DNA of 64,000 nucleotides from Verrucomicrobiota bacterium (GCA_047947115.1 CP170459.1:1088001-1152000), one strand, 5' to 3'; counted from the first letter of the stretch, positions 9,731 through 19,414 are shown. Numbers and translations: made by a program. The notes: generated by a model from the sequence alone, not told the origin.

Positions 9731-9751
9731 GTTTCTTTGGAGACATTGTTC

Positions 9752-10192
9752 ATGAGGGAAAAGCCATTGGAAAATCTGGAACCGGGTCGAACGGTGTTTG
9801 AGACCACATCCAGCGTTCGGCCGGATGATATCGACATGTTTCGGCATGTGCACGCCAGCAAATATCAGGATTACCTGCTGGCGGCTCGATTCGACCAGAT
9901 GAACCGCTGCTACGGCATTTCGATGGAACAATTCATCGAAGCTGGCTTTGGTTGGTATGTGCGAGAGTTTCAGATTGAATACAAACGATCGCTCGGACTC
10001 GGGGACACATTCAAGGTGCGCACCTGGATTCAGGATTTTTATCGTACCGGAGTTCAGGTGGAATACGAGATCGTTCGCTTGCCGGATGAGAAACTCAGCT
10101 GCCGTGGATCCTCCCATTACACGCTCATTTCCTTGAAAACACAGCGACCGGAACCTATTCCAAACTGGGTTCTGGAAAAGTACACAGTTTGA
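9752..10192 (+). CDS. Acyl-CoA thioesterase (4HBT/YbgC-FadM hotdog family)
   Basis: VRPDDIDMFRHVHASKYQDY..AR motif; C-terminal RPEPIP. Confidence 0.85.
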   Translation: MREKPLENLEPGRTVFETTSSVRPDDIDMFRHVHASKYQDYLLAARFDQMNRCYGISMEQFIEAGFGWYVREFQIEYKRSLGLGDTFKVRTWIQDFYRTGVQVEYEIVRLPDEKLSCRGSSHYTLISLKTQRPEPIPNWVLEKYTV

Positions 10193-10339
10193 GACTATAT
10201 TATTTCTTCCTTCCACAGGGCCTCGGAAATAGGATACTAAGGGGGAGGGAGGTTGAAGGTGTTTTTGTAGACTTATCTGGAAATCGCTTTCGAATCATGA
10301 CATCCCAAAGTTGTCAAATAGTTGTAACACTATCGAAAA

Positions 10340-10888
10340 ATGCAGAAAGTCTTGTTTATTTGTACGGGGAATTGGTACCGCAGTCGGTTGTCTGAAGTGC
10401 TGTTCAATTACTACGCCATGCTTGGAAAAATTGAATGGCGTGCCGACTCACGCGGGATGACCGAGACTTCCATTCGTGGCATTTCTCCGGACGCAATGGC
10501 TTATCTTGAAAAGAAAGGACTGCACACCTACCTCGACGAACCCCGAGATCCGGAAGCTATCAAAGTGTCCGATCTGGAGGAAAACGATCTGATCATTGCC
10601 TTGTGCCGGGATGAACACGAGGGAATGATGCGTGAACGATTCGGCCAGATTCCCAAGTTCATGGAGAACCAGGGTAAGCTTCGTTTCTGGAATGTATTTG
10701 ACGTCCCGCCTGACATGCCGTCCGGATTCAGAAGCCTGTTTGGCTCCAAAAGCGAGCGACCTTCACAGCCTGCTCACAGCAGTTCCGAGCACATCGACCT
10801 TGCCGTCAAGCTGCTGATTCATGAGTTATCGGAAAATCAGCTGAAAGCGACCATGGATCCCAAATCTACCGGTCAGGAAAGAGAATAA
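10340..10888 (+). CDS. Low-molecular-weight phosphatase/ArsC-family protein
   Basis: P-loop VLFICTGNWYRSR (C-X5-R-S); DSRG. Confidence 0.85.
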   Translation: MQKVLFICTGNWYRSRLSEVLFNYYAMLGKIEWRADSRGMTETSIRGISPDAMAYLEKKGLHTYLDEPRDPEAIKVSDLEENDLIIALCRDEHEGMMRERFGQIPKFMENQGKLRFWNVFDVPPDMPSGFRSLFGSKSERPSQPAHSSSEHIDLAVKLLIHELSENQLKATMDPKSTGQERE

Positions 10889-10890
10889 AA

Positions 10891-11934
10891 TCAGGGAACC
10901 TCGACATCGGAATGATCAGGTGCGATTACTTGAGCGTCCGGCAGAGGGGTTCTGCGGCGACGCCACCATTGTTTGAGCAAACCCTGAGATGGACTGAATG
11001 CCCAGGCCAATCCGAATAACCCCGAACCAGCCACCACCATGCAGCCAGCAGTGGAACTGTTCAACCAGATGGCCAGGTGCACGCCCACAACGGTACTCAA
11101 CGCGGCATGCAGGATGGATAACATCATGACTTTGGGAAACCGGGTGGTCAGCAACGAAGCCGTTGCTCCGGGCAAGATCAACATGGCAATCACCAGAATC
11201 GCGCCCACCGCTTCAAACGCGCTGATAACTATCACCGACAACCAGCACATCAACGCATAATGCACACAGGTGGCGTTGATGCCCATCGATGATGCCAATC
11301 CGGGGTCAAAGGAACTCACAAGTAATTCCTTGTAAAACAACAGGACCAAACCAAGCGTTAATAATGCAACCATCCCCATCCGGACCACAGGATCCGGTGC
11401 GATTTCATGTCCGGCCAATGAGGTGAACGGTTGAATGGACACGAAAGCGATTTCGCCATGCAAAACGCAATCGGCATCCAAATCCACCTTATCGGCATAG
11501 ACACTGATCAAGACCACCCCCAGGGCAAACAATGTAGAGAAAGTGATGCCGATGGCGGCATCCTGTTTGATTCGGGTGCGTTTGTGGATGATTTCAATCA
11601 GCATGGTCGTGACGATGCCGGCGACCAGAGAACCGATAAAAACGGCAAGCCCGTAAGAAAACCCATGTGAAGAAGCACTGGCATCATCAGCGCCCCCACC
11701 GACCGACCAGGCGTTCGCAACCAGAAACCCGATCGCCAATCCCGGCAGCACACTGTGGCTGATGGCGTCCCCCACCAGAGCCATTCGGCGCAGAATCAGG
11801 TAATTCCCCGCCAAACCGCACGCGGCACAGACGAAAAAGCCCATGAGGACAATCCACCCGTAAATGGGGAGGTCGGTCGTCCAAGGAGCCACCACCACCG
11901 TTTGCCAATCCCAGGCTGGAATCAATTCATTCAT
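10891..11934 (-). CDS. Mn/Zn/Fe ABC transporter permease (TroD/MntD-like)
   Basis: ALVGDAISHSVLPG, FYKELLVSSFD, FEAVGAILV. Confidence 0.93.
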   Translation of the reverse strand: MNELIPAWDWQTVVVAPWTTDLPIYGWIVLMGFFVCAACGLAGNYLILRRMALVGDAISHSVLPGLAIGFLVANAWSVGGGADDASASSHGFSYGLAVFIGSLVAGIVTTMLIEIIHKRTRIKQDAAIGITFSTLFALGVVLISVYADKVDLDADCVLHGEIAFVSIQPFTSLAGHEIAPDPVVRMGMVALLTLGLVLLFYKELLVSSFDPGLASSMGINATCVHYALMCWLSVIVISAFEAVGAILVIAMLILPGATASLLTTRFPKVMMLSILHAALSTVVGVHLAIWLNSSTAGCMVVAGSGLFGLAWAFSPSQGLLKQWWRRRRTPLPDAQVIAPDHSDVEVP

Positions 11935-13409
11935 GACTGTTTCCCATAACCGGTGCTGCCACCCGACAATCCACCCGACCCCGCCCCGTGCACCGATACA
12001 ATGTCTTCAGGAGACGGGATGGGTTTACCGTGTGGATCTCGGCTGGCGAAGTTCAATTGCCGTTCGAGCTGACGCACGATGTCCTCACCCAGAATATGTT
12101 CTATTTCTTCCGCATCATCGTGAACATGATCGGGTGGATAATTGGCGGCATCGGTCAGATACAACTCCCACAAACGATGGTTTCGAACAATGGTTTGAGC
12201 GCGGCGCATTCCCTCCGGAGTGAGGTAGAGTGCCTTTTCGCCCGGAGGCAGCGTAGCGAACCCCATGTGTTGGAGCTCCCGGCATGACTCTTCCGATGTT
12301 TCCAGCGTCTGCCTGCGCGATTCCGCCAGTTCCATGAACGTAACACCTTCTCGTTTGAAACCTTCCCGTTCCATGACATGAAATACCGCCTTGAGTGTGT
12401 TCTCACGCCGTACGCGTCCGGACCGGGCACGTTGTGTCCACCATCGATGAAGGATGCCGTGCCTTGGTGCGAAGAGAAACGCCAGTAAAAACAACCCCGC
12501 AGCGGAAAGTACCATGAACGGTCCGGTAGGTAGCTGATGCCCCAGAAACGAAAAAAAAGCGCCCAGAGCACCTGAAACCATTCCCAGCACACACGCAATG
12601 ATTACCATGCGATGCAGACGGTCACTCAACAAATAGCTCGTGGCGGCAGGAGTGATCAGCATGGCGGAAACCAGCACCACACCGACGGCCTGCAAGGCAA
12701 TCACCACGGAAAATGCCAACAACAACATGAACCCATGGTGCACCCAAGGCACCGGCATATCGATACAATGGGCAAATCCGGCGTCAAAACTCACCGTGAG
12801 CAATTCCTTGTAAAACAACCAAACCAAACCCACGGTCAACACGGTTACCACAGCCATGAGCTGGATATCGGACGCTCCAAGCGATGCGGCCTGACCGAAC
12901 AGGAATTTGTCGATACCGCTTTTATTGCCTGATGGAAGACGCTGGATCATGGTGACCAGGCAAATCCCGACACCGAAAAAACCTGCAAGCACCATGCCCA
13001 GTGCGGTGTCCTCTTTCAATTTGGTGGTGGCGGTCAATCGCGTCACCATGAAACTGCCAAGCAAGCCTGCCATCGTGGCCCCCACAAAAATGGCGATGGG
13101 ATCCTTCTCCATATTCCAAAGAAAACCGGCCGCCACTCCGGGCAGAACGGCATGTGAAATGGTATCCCCCACCAAGGCCAGTTTCCTGACCAACAAAAAG
13201 CTACCCAACATGCCGCACGTGAAACCCAGAAGAATGGCTCCTGTCAGAGCATACCGAAGAGATGGATCCCGAAAGCTGAAAAAGCGAAGTGCCTGATCCA
13301 GGACAGATATTTCGGTGATCTCTCCAATACGCGCGGCATGCATCTGTGATAAGGAAGCAAACAGGAACAAACACAGCAATCCGCTCAAATGAACACGCAC
13401 TGTTTTCAT
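11931..13409 (-). CDS. Mn/Zn/Fe ABC permease fused to a C-terminal DtxR/MntR-family repressor (TroC-TroR / YtgCR-like)
   Basis: Permease motif GDTISHAVLPG followed by LTPEG..VRNHRLWELYL..HDDAEEIEH..DPHGKPIP. Confidence 0.92.
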   Translation of the reverse strand: MKTVRVHLSGLLCLFLFASLSQMHAARIGEITEISVLDQALRFFSFRDPSLRYALTGAILLGFTCGMLGSFLLVRKLALVGDTISHAVLPGVAAGFLWNMEKDPIAIFVGATMAGLLGSFMVTRLTATTKLKEDTALGMVLAGFFGVGICLVTMIQRLPSGNKSGIDKFLFGQAASLGASDIQLMAVVTVLTVGLVWLFYKELLTVSFDAGFAHCIDMPVPWVHHGFMLLLAFSVVIALQAVGVVLVSAMLITPAATSYLLSDRLHRMVIIACVLGMVSGALGAFFSFLGHQLPTGPFMVLSAAGLFLLAFLFAPRHGILHRWWTQRARSGRVRRENTLKAVFHVMEREGFKREGVTFMELAESRRQTLETSEESCRELQHMGFATLPPGEKALYLTPEGMRRAQTIVRNHRLWELYLTDAANYPPDHVHDDAEEIEHILGEDIVRQLERQLNFASRDPHGKPIPSPEDIVSVHGAGSGGLSGGSTGYGKQS

Positions 13410-13425
13410 GATGACAAGCATAGGC

Positions 13426-14253
13426 TCAGGACTTGGTCTGACGGACGGCATCGGCGACTTCAGAAAGAATGGTCAATCGGCCTCCATAGGTCTTCTGAAG
13501 TTTGTCATAGGTAAAAACCTCCTCAGTCGGACCAAAATCCACCAAACGCATATTGAGCAACACCAGCATGTTGAAGTAATTACGGGCGGTCGGAAGATCA
13601 TGATGCACTACGAGGATGGTTTTCCCCTGCTTTCTGAGTTCATGAAGCAACGAGATAATTGAGGATTCCGTTGCCGCATCGACACCTGCAAAAGGCTCGT
13701 CCATCAGATACAGATCACTCTCCTGTGCCAAAGCGCGCGCCAAAAAAACGCGCTGCTGCTGCCCACCACTCAAGTTGGCAATCTGGCGATCGGCATAAGG
13801 CATCATTTTGACTTTTTCCAGACAGGCACAGGCTATATCACGATCCTGCTTTTTGGGTCGCTTGAACAAGCCCAACTTCCCGTATCGCCCCATCAGGACA
13901 ACATCCATTACATTCACTGGAAAATCCCAGTCCACCGACTCACGTTGAGGCACATAACCCACCCTTCGCAGGTTCTTCTTGTTCGATTCCCCAAACAGAC
14001 GCACCCAACCGCTATCGGTCGGGATGAGTCCCATAATGGCTTTGATCAAAGTAGACTTGCCAGCTCCGTTCGGACCAATAATACCAATCAGTTTTCCGGG
14101 CGGTATACGTAAATCGATCCCATAGAGAACCGGTTTGTGGTGATAGGCCACCGTCAGATCATGAACCTCCAACGGAACTTCCGCATCCGACAAGCCCTTG
14201 GTCCATTTGTCCGTCTGGACATGATCAGGCAATGGAATGTTTGGTTGATTCAT
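13426..14253 (-). CDS. Mn/Zn/Fe ABC transporter ATP-binding protein (TroB/MntB-like)
   Basis: [38 protein letters not shown]. Confidence 0.95.
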   Translation of the reverse strand: MNQPNIPLPDHVQTDKWTKGLSDAEVPLEVHDLTVAYHHKPVLYGIDLRIPPGKLIGIIGPNGAGKSTLIKAIMGLIPTDSGWVRLFGESNKKNLRRVGYVPQRESVDWDFPVNVMDVVLMGRYGKLGLFKRPKKQDRDIACACLEKVKMMPYADRQIANLSGGQQQRVFLARALAQESDLYLMDEPFAGVDAATESSIISLLHELRKQGKTILVVHHDLPTARNYFNMLVLLNMRLVDFGPTEEVFTYDKLQKTYGGRLTILSEVADAVRQTKS

Positions 14254-14339
14254 ATGGATGATGATCTTGTTCCAGCTCCCCACGATCGGGCAGCTTCTCA
14301 AGACCTTATACTAACTCAGGCGCTGAGTGCATCAAGCAA

Positions 14340-14361
14340 AAAGTTAGATAAATCTAACTTT
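14340..14361. promoter_or_regulatory. Perfect 10-2-10 palindrome; candidate DtxR/SirR/MntR operator
   Basis: AAAGTTAGAT-AA-ATCTAACTTT (TTAG-N6-CTAA core) upstream of the metal ABC operon, between divergent -35 hexamers. Confidence 0.7.
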
Positions 14362-14364
14362 GAT

Positions 14365-14393
14365 TTGACACTCAATAATTATTTTTTTAATTT
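14365..14393 (+). promoter_or_regulatory. Sigma70-type promoter facing a gene-free interval
   Basis: TTGACA (14365-14370)-N17-TAATTT. Confidence 0.55.
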
Positions 14394-14397
14394 TTTT

Positions 14398-14530
14398 TGA
14401 GTCTTTTCGTGAACGTGCGTGTCAAAGGAAACTGAAGGCCAAATTCTGATCTATTTTAGTTCTCAATATGCTCAGTTCCCAGAAGGTCCTCTACCGTGTT
14501 GTGCGGCATGGTGGAGGGCCTTCATGTTTT
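14398..14530 (+). ncRNA. Candidate metal-regulated small RNA
   Basis: Downstream of the TTGACA promoter; 19-bp hairpin at 14482-14523 has five G-U pairs that form only on the plus strand, followed by ATGTTTT. Confidence 0.5.
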
Positions 14531-14572
14531 CAGGGGCATATCTTATAAATAGTTCAGCCCAATCTGCTTATT

Positions 14573-14606
14573 AAAAAACGGCCATGCCCCGGAGGCATGA
14601 CCGTTT
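14573..14606 (-). terminator. Intrinsic terminator of the FKBP gene
   Basis: Minus strand aaacggtcatgcc-tccg-ggcatggccgttttt hairpin with T tract. Confidence 0.8.
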
Positions 14607-14633
14607 GAAAAAGGGACTGGGGTCTATCAGACC

Positions 14634-15473
14634 TTATTTCTTTTCGGCTGCTTTTTCTTTCTTCAGGTATTCGTCCACCTCATCCTGTTTGATGACTTCG
14701 ATCTGAGCGCCTTTTTTGAGCTCTTCAGCGGATGGTACCTTGATAATGTCGCTGGTGATGGGAGCAGAAGCTTTCTTAGGCTTTGGAGGCTCTTCGATTC
14801 CAATCAGTTCCACTTCGAAAAGGAGAGTTGAATTGGGCGGGATATTTCGGTTCCCGTTTGGTCCATAGGCCAAATCTCCAGGGATGAAGAGTTGCCACTT
14901 GGAGCCGACTTTCATCAACTGCAAGGCTTCCGTCCAACCACGAATCACGCCCGTGACACTGAATTTGGCAGGAGTGCCACGTGAATAGGAGCTATCGAAT
15001 TCCTTCCCATCGATGAATGTGCCACGGTAGTGCACGCTGACACGATCGGAGGCTGTGGGGATGGCCCCGGTGCCTTCGGTCAGGACTTTGTATTGAAGAC
15101 CGCTACCCAGAGTTTTGACACCCTCCTTGGTTTTATTCTCCTCGAGAAAGGCCTTTCCTATTTCCAGGTTCTCAGCAGCCTGTTTATCGCGTTGAGCCTT
15201 TTGATTTTCACGCGCCAGATTGGTGACTTCCTGATAAACGGAGTTGATCTCACTATCATCCATCAAGCATTGGTCGTGGATGAAGTCCTTCATGCCATCC
15301 AGGAAGGTCTGCAGGTCCACATCAATGTTGTTCTGCTTCAGGATTCTTCCATAGTTGGCGCCGAGGCCGTAGCCGAGGCGTTTTTTCTGGTCTGCCAAGT
15401 CTTCCTTGGTCGCGGCTTGGGCAACCACCGTCGCAAGCCCCAAGATCATACATGCACGGATGATAAACTTCAT
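14634..15473 (-). CDS. FKBP-type peptidyl-prolyl cis-trans isomerase (FkpA/FklB-like, exported)
   Basis: SGLQYKVL, VHYRGTFIDGKEFDSS, VIRGWTEALQLM, IPPNSTLLFEVEL; signal peptide. Confidence 0.95.
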   Translation of the reverse strand: MKFIIRACMILGLATVVAQAATKEDLADQKKRLGYGLGANYGRILKQNNIDVDLQTFLDGMKDFIHDQCLMDDSEINSVYQEVTNLARENQKAQRDKQAAENLEIGKAFLEENKTKEGVKTLGSGLQYKVLTEGTGAIPTASDRVSVHYRGTFIDGKEFDSSYSRGTPAKFSVTGVIRGWTEALQLMKVGSKWQLFIPGDLAYGPNGNRNIPPNSTLLFEVELIGIEEPPKPKKASAPITSDIIKVPSAEELKKGAQIEVIKQDEVDEYLKKEKAAEKK

Positions 15474-15691
15474 GGATATCACTTCTTATTGTTTAGGTTA
15501 ATACACTCAATCAAAATTTTCTGAGCGGTCATCTGTAGCATTTCAATGCCGGTGCGTCTAGGGTTTTTGCTGGGTGTGAAGCGATCGGTGCATGGCTTGG
15601 CCTGCCAATGGTGAGGCCTTTTGAATTCGAATGTCCAGAGGATACGCGTCGGGGATTCACGCTGTCGCGGGATTCTACCTTGGGGGTCGGG

Positions 15692-17920
15692 CTAATGCAT
15701 ATTGACCGGATCAATGTCCACGGCGGTCAATACTCCTTCGGGCAACCGTGTTTCGGCAATGAGTTGGGCAAGCTTGGCGCTCAGTCGGGACATGCGGGCA
15801 CATTTCATCATGATTTGGTAGCGAAAGAAGGTTTCCGCTCTTTCAAGCGGTGCGGGTGAAGGTCCGGCAACCGTAAGATCGGGCATGCTCTCTTTAAACT
15901 GCCCTATTAGCTGGGCAAGGTGCTGACCGCTTAGCTTAAGTTTTTCCTCGTTCTTGCCCCGCAGTGTGATCACCGCCAGTCGCATGGCAGGTGGATACAA
16001 TGTCTCTTTCCGAAACTCGATTTCCTGCTCGTAAAATCCGAGATAATCATGACGTCGCGCATATTGAATGGCCGCATGGAAAGGGGTAAAGGACTGAACA
16101 TAAACATCCCCTTCCACATCCCCTCTCCCTGCCCTGCCCGCCACCTGTGTCAGGAGTTGGAAGGTGCGTTCGCCCGCCCGGAAATCCGGCATGTGCAAAC
16201 TTAGATCGGCATAGATGATCCCGACCAGGGTGACATTGGGGAAATGCAGCCCCTTGGCGATCATTTGTGTGCCGATGAGGATATCAACCTTGCCCAATCT
16301 GAAATCGGTGAGGATGCGTTTGTAATCTTCTTTTCGTTTGAGCGTATCCGAATCCATGCGCTCGATGCCTGCCTTGGGAAACAACACTTTCAACGTGTCT
16401 TCCACCTTCTCGGTGCCAATCCCGGCAAATCGAATCTCGTAACTTTTGCACGTATCGATCGGACAACAAACGGGAGCCTTTTCATCATGACCACAAATGT
16501 GGCAGCGCAATTGTTGTTTTCGGCGGTGGTAAGTCAGGGAAATGCTGCAATTGGGGCACCCCGCCACAAAACCGCATTTGGGACACTGCATGGAGGAGGC
16601 ATAGCCACGGCGATTTAGAAACAGCATCGTCTGCTCACGGTTATCCAGTCGCTGTTGAATCGATTCCTTGAGTTGTTGAGAAAGGATCGGAATGCCCTTG
16701 TTCTTTCTTCCTTCGCTTCTCATATCCACCACCCGCACCCAGGGCATGGTCTTGTTATCGGCGCGGGATGGCATTTCCAACAAATGATATTTTCCCTTTT
16801 GCGTATTATAATAGGTCTCCAGAGAAGGGGTGGCCGAACCCAGAACCACCACTGCCTGTTCCCTCTGCGCGCGCACCACGGCCACATCGCGGGCATGATA
16901 ACGCGGGGCTTCTTCCTGTTTGTAGGAGTGCTCGTGTTCTTCGTCGACAATGATCAATCCCAAGGGCTCTACCGGCGCAAAGACCGCGCTGCGGGCACCG
17001 ATTACGATGCGCGCCCGGCCTTCACGGATCTTGTGCCATTCATCATGTCGTTCGCCATCGGACAAATGACTGTGCAACACAGCCACCAGAGTTTTGTTTT
17101 TACCCGAAGAAAACCGGGCTTTGAATCGTTCAACCGTCTGAGGGGTCAGAGAGATTTCGGGAACGAGCACGATAGCTCCCTTCCCCTGGTCCATGGCATG
17201 ATCAATGGCCTGGAGATAAACTTCGGTTTTGCCGCTTCCCGTTACACCATGCAGTAGAAAGACCGATGATGTCCTTTGATCCGGATCCGCATCCAGGGCC
17301 TGCTCGATGGCGTCCAATGAACGGCGTTGTTCCTGATTCAATTCGAGGGATTCAGTAGGTACGATGTGCTCGTCCGCGTAGGGATCGCGTTCAATCACTT
17401 CGTGCGTTATTCTGGCCACGCCGGCGTCTTCCAGTTTCTTGACGGTTGCCTTGGTCGACTGCGTCATTTTCAAGAACTCTTGAAGGGGCATTTCCTTCCA
17501 CTCCTGAAGAATGGCTCGCAGTTCCTGCTGGCGCTTGGTCAACTTGATCTCGGAACCCACCGGTTCCATGGAACGGATGTGCAGCTGCTTTTTCCATCCC
17601 TCTTTCTCTTTGCGCACTGCCACTGGAAGGACGCTCTTCAACGCGGTCTCAATTGGACAGCAATAGTAAGCTGCCATCCAACGCGCCAGAGCCAGCACTT
17701 TGGGGGTCACCAGACTTCCTTTGCCGATGACATTCAGGATGGGTTTGAGTTTGTGGTGATCGGATTGATCGGGGAGTCCGGTGACCACGCCCATCAGTTT
17801 GCGTCCACCAAAAGGAACTTTCACCCGCGCACCAATGTCCACCCGATCTTGAAACTCGGGAGGAACCAGGTAATCGAACTCCTTGCGGAGCGCGATTTCC
17901 AATGTGACGCGTGCGATCAT
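15692..17920 (-). CDS. priA: Primosomal protein N' (replication restart helicase)
   Basis: GVTGSGKTEVY, LVPEISLTPQ, DEEH, Cys-rich zinc motifs, QVAGRAGR. Confidence 0.97.
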   Translation of the reverse strand: MIARVTLEIALRKEFDYLVPPEFQDRVDIGARVKVPFGGRKLMGVVTGLPDQSDHHKLKPILNVIGKGSLVTPKVLALARWMAAYYCCPIETALKSVLPVAVRKEKEGWKKQLHIRSMEPVGSEIKLTKRQQELRAILQEWKEMPLQEFLKMTQSTKATVKKLEDAGVARITHEVIERDPYADEHIVPTESLELNQEQRRSLDAIEQALDADPDQRTSSVFLLHGVTGSGKTEVYLQAIDHAMDQGKGAIVLVPEISLTPQTVERFKARFSSGKNKTLVAVLHSHLSDGERHDEWHKIREGRARIVIGARSAVFAPVEPLGLIIVDEEHEHSYKQEEAPRYHARDVAVVRAQREQAVVVLGSATPSLETYYNTQKGKYHLLEMPSRADNKTMPWVRVVDMRSEGRKNKGIPILSQQLKESIQQRLDNREQTMLFLNRRGYASSMQCPKCGFVAGCPNCSISLTYHRRKQQLRCHICGHDEKAPVCCPIDTCKSYEIRFAGIGTEKVEDTLKVLFPKAGIERMDSDTLKRKEDYKRILTDFRLGKVDILIGTQMIAKGLHFPNVTLVGIIYADLSLHMPDFRAGERTFQLLTQVAGRAGRGDVEGDVYVQSFTPFHAAIQYARRHDYLGFYEQEIEFRKETLYPPAMRLAVITLRGKNEEKLKLSGQHLAQLIGQFKESMPDLTVAGPSPAPLERAETFFRYQIMMKCARMSRLSAKLAQLIAETRLPEGVLTAVDIDPVNMH

Positions 17921-17995
17921 GGGCCTATTACTCACGGAGAGGCACAGAGACGCAAAGGAAAAAGTGTTTGAGATATTTGCATTTTTACAGTCCTC

Positions 17996-18182
17996 GGAGG
18001 GTCGAGTTCCACCTCGATCCCATACTTCCTCCTTATCAATCTACATGACCAAATGACGTGGAATGTGGGTAGCCATCGGTTCGCGTGCGACCACAGCCTT
18101 TCCATTGCAACTTGATGGCAGTTCAATCAACTCAAGGTTTGAAGTGGGTTTCCCGATAAAATCGGGAGAGCTTGACCCTCCG
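17996..18182. repeat. Inverted REP-like pair
   Basis: cggagggtcgagttc(cacctcgatccc) at 17995-18021 versus gagcttgaccctccg at 18168-18182 (13/15 match in inverted orientation). Confidence 0.5.
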
Positions 18183-18259
18183 GATCTACCAACACGGGCA
18201 TTTCAGGAATGAGCGTTGCTTTTTGGTGATGATCTGGAATATTTAGCCCATCCAAGATC

Positions 18260-19333
18260 ATGAAAAGTTTGAAAGTATTATCTCGCATATCGGCGCTTGT
18301 CGCATTGTGCACTCTACAAATGAACGTGTGGGGTCAGAACAATCCCTGGCTGCACTTCGAAGGACAGGGTGGTCCGGGCAAGGGAAAACACATCGTTTTG
18401 ATATCCGGAGACGAAGAATATCGCTCCGAAGAAACAAACCCCATGCTCGCGAAAATACTGAGCCAGCGCCACGGTTTCGACTGCACCGTTCTTTTCTCAC
18501 AGGATCCTGAAAACAATTACATCGATCCGAACAACCAACAAAGCATGCCCGGCCTGGAAGCCTTGAAGGAAGCGGACCTGGTGATCATCGGGACGCGCTT
18601 CCGCCGATTAAACGATGAGCAATATCAGATCATCGCCGACTACCTCAACTCCGGCAAACCTATCATGGGATTTCGCACGGCCACCCATGCTTTTACCGGT
18701 CCGGGACAAACAGGCGATTTCCGTTGGGGACAATTCGGGCTCAAGATACTGGGCGAAACATGGATCAGCCATCACGGTCATCACAAAGGACAGGGAACCC
18801 TTGCCATCGTCGAAGAGAAAAATGCCAAACACCCCGTGCTGAAAGGCGTTGGCAAAATCTTCGGACCCACGGACGTTTATGGCATTCGAAACCTGGATCC
18901 CGCGCAGTCTACTATTCTTCTCCGCGGCGCGGTCACGGCCTCCTTGGATGAGGATTCAGCTCCGATTGATGGTGAAAAAAATGATCCCATGATGCCCCTG
19001 GCATGGCTGCGCACCTACACCGCCCCGAATGGGACCAGTCAGGGCCATGCTTTCTGCACCACCCTGGGCGCTTCGGTGGATATGCTGGATAAAGATCTGC
19101 GACGCTTGTTCGTAAACGTCGCGTATCACCTCACAGGATTGAAAGTACGCAAAGCGGCGGATGTCACCTTTGTGGACGATTTCGCTCCGACCTTCTACGG
19201 ATTTAACAACGAAGAAGGCTATTATAAAAAGCGCAACCTGAAGATCAGCGATTTCGAACTGGGCAGCAACGCCTCCACCGGGCTGGCCAATCCAAAATCA
19301 GCTCCCGCATGGCGCCCCGTGCTGCCCTATTGA
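18260..19333 (+). CDS. Secreted ThuA-like domain protein
   Basis: Signal peptide; ISGDEEYRSEE, GFRTATHAF, MMPLAW. Confidence 0.8.
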   Translation: MKSLKVLSRISALVALCTLQMNVWGQNNPWLHFEGQGGPGKGKHIVLISGDEEYRSEETNPMLAKILSQRHGFDCTVLFSQDPENNYIDPNNQQSMPGLEALKEADLVIIGTRFRRLNDEQYQIIADYLNSGKPIMGFRTATHAFTGPGQTGDFRWGQFGLKILGETWISHHGHHKGQGTLAIVEEKNAKHPVLKGVGKIFGPTDVYGIRNLDPAQSTILLRGAVTASLDEDSAPIDGEKNDPMMPLAWLRTYTAPNGTSQGHAFCTTLGASVDMLDKDLRRLFVNVAYHLTGLKVRKAADVTFVDDFAPTFYGFNNEEGYYKKRNLKISDFELGSNASTGLANPKSAPAWRPVLPY

Positions 19334-19360
19334 AAATTTCGATCACCCACTCTTCCAGCT

Positions 19361-19414
19361 CGGGAGAATCTTTGGCTGTCAATCGATGCCATAAGATTCT
19401 CCCGCTTGTTTTTT
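19361..19414 (+). terminator. Intrinsic terminator
   Basis: cgggagaatctt...aagattctcccg stem followed by cttgttttttt. Confidence 0.75.

Noticed and set aside
12435..12450. WW before the repressor domain as an analogue of the Chlamydia YtgCR WWW tryptophan sensor
   Set aside because: Only two Trp at a membrane interface, and a similar WW occurs in the unfused permease
14427..14480. NiCo (czcD) or yybP-ykoY riboswitch
   Set aside because: AAACUGA..CAGUU resembles the NiCo P1 ends, but the four-way junction and conserved G-rich motifs are missing, and it faces away from the transporter genes
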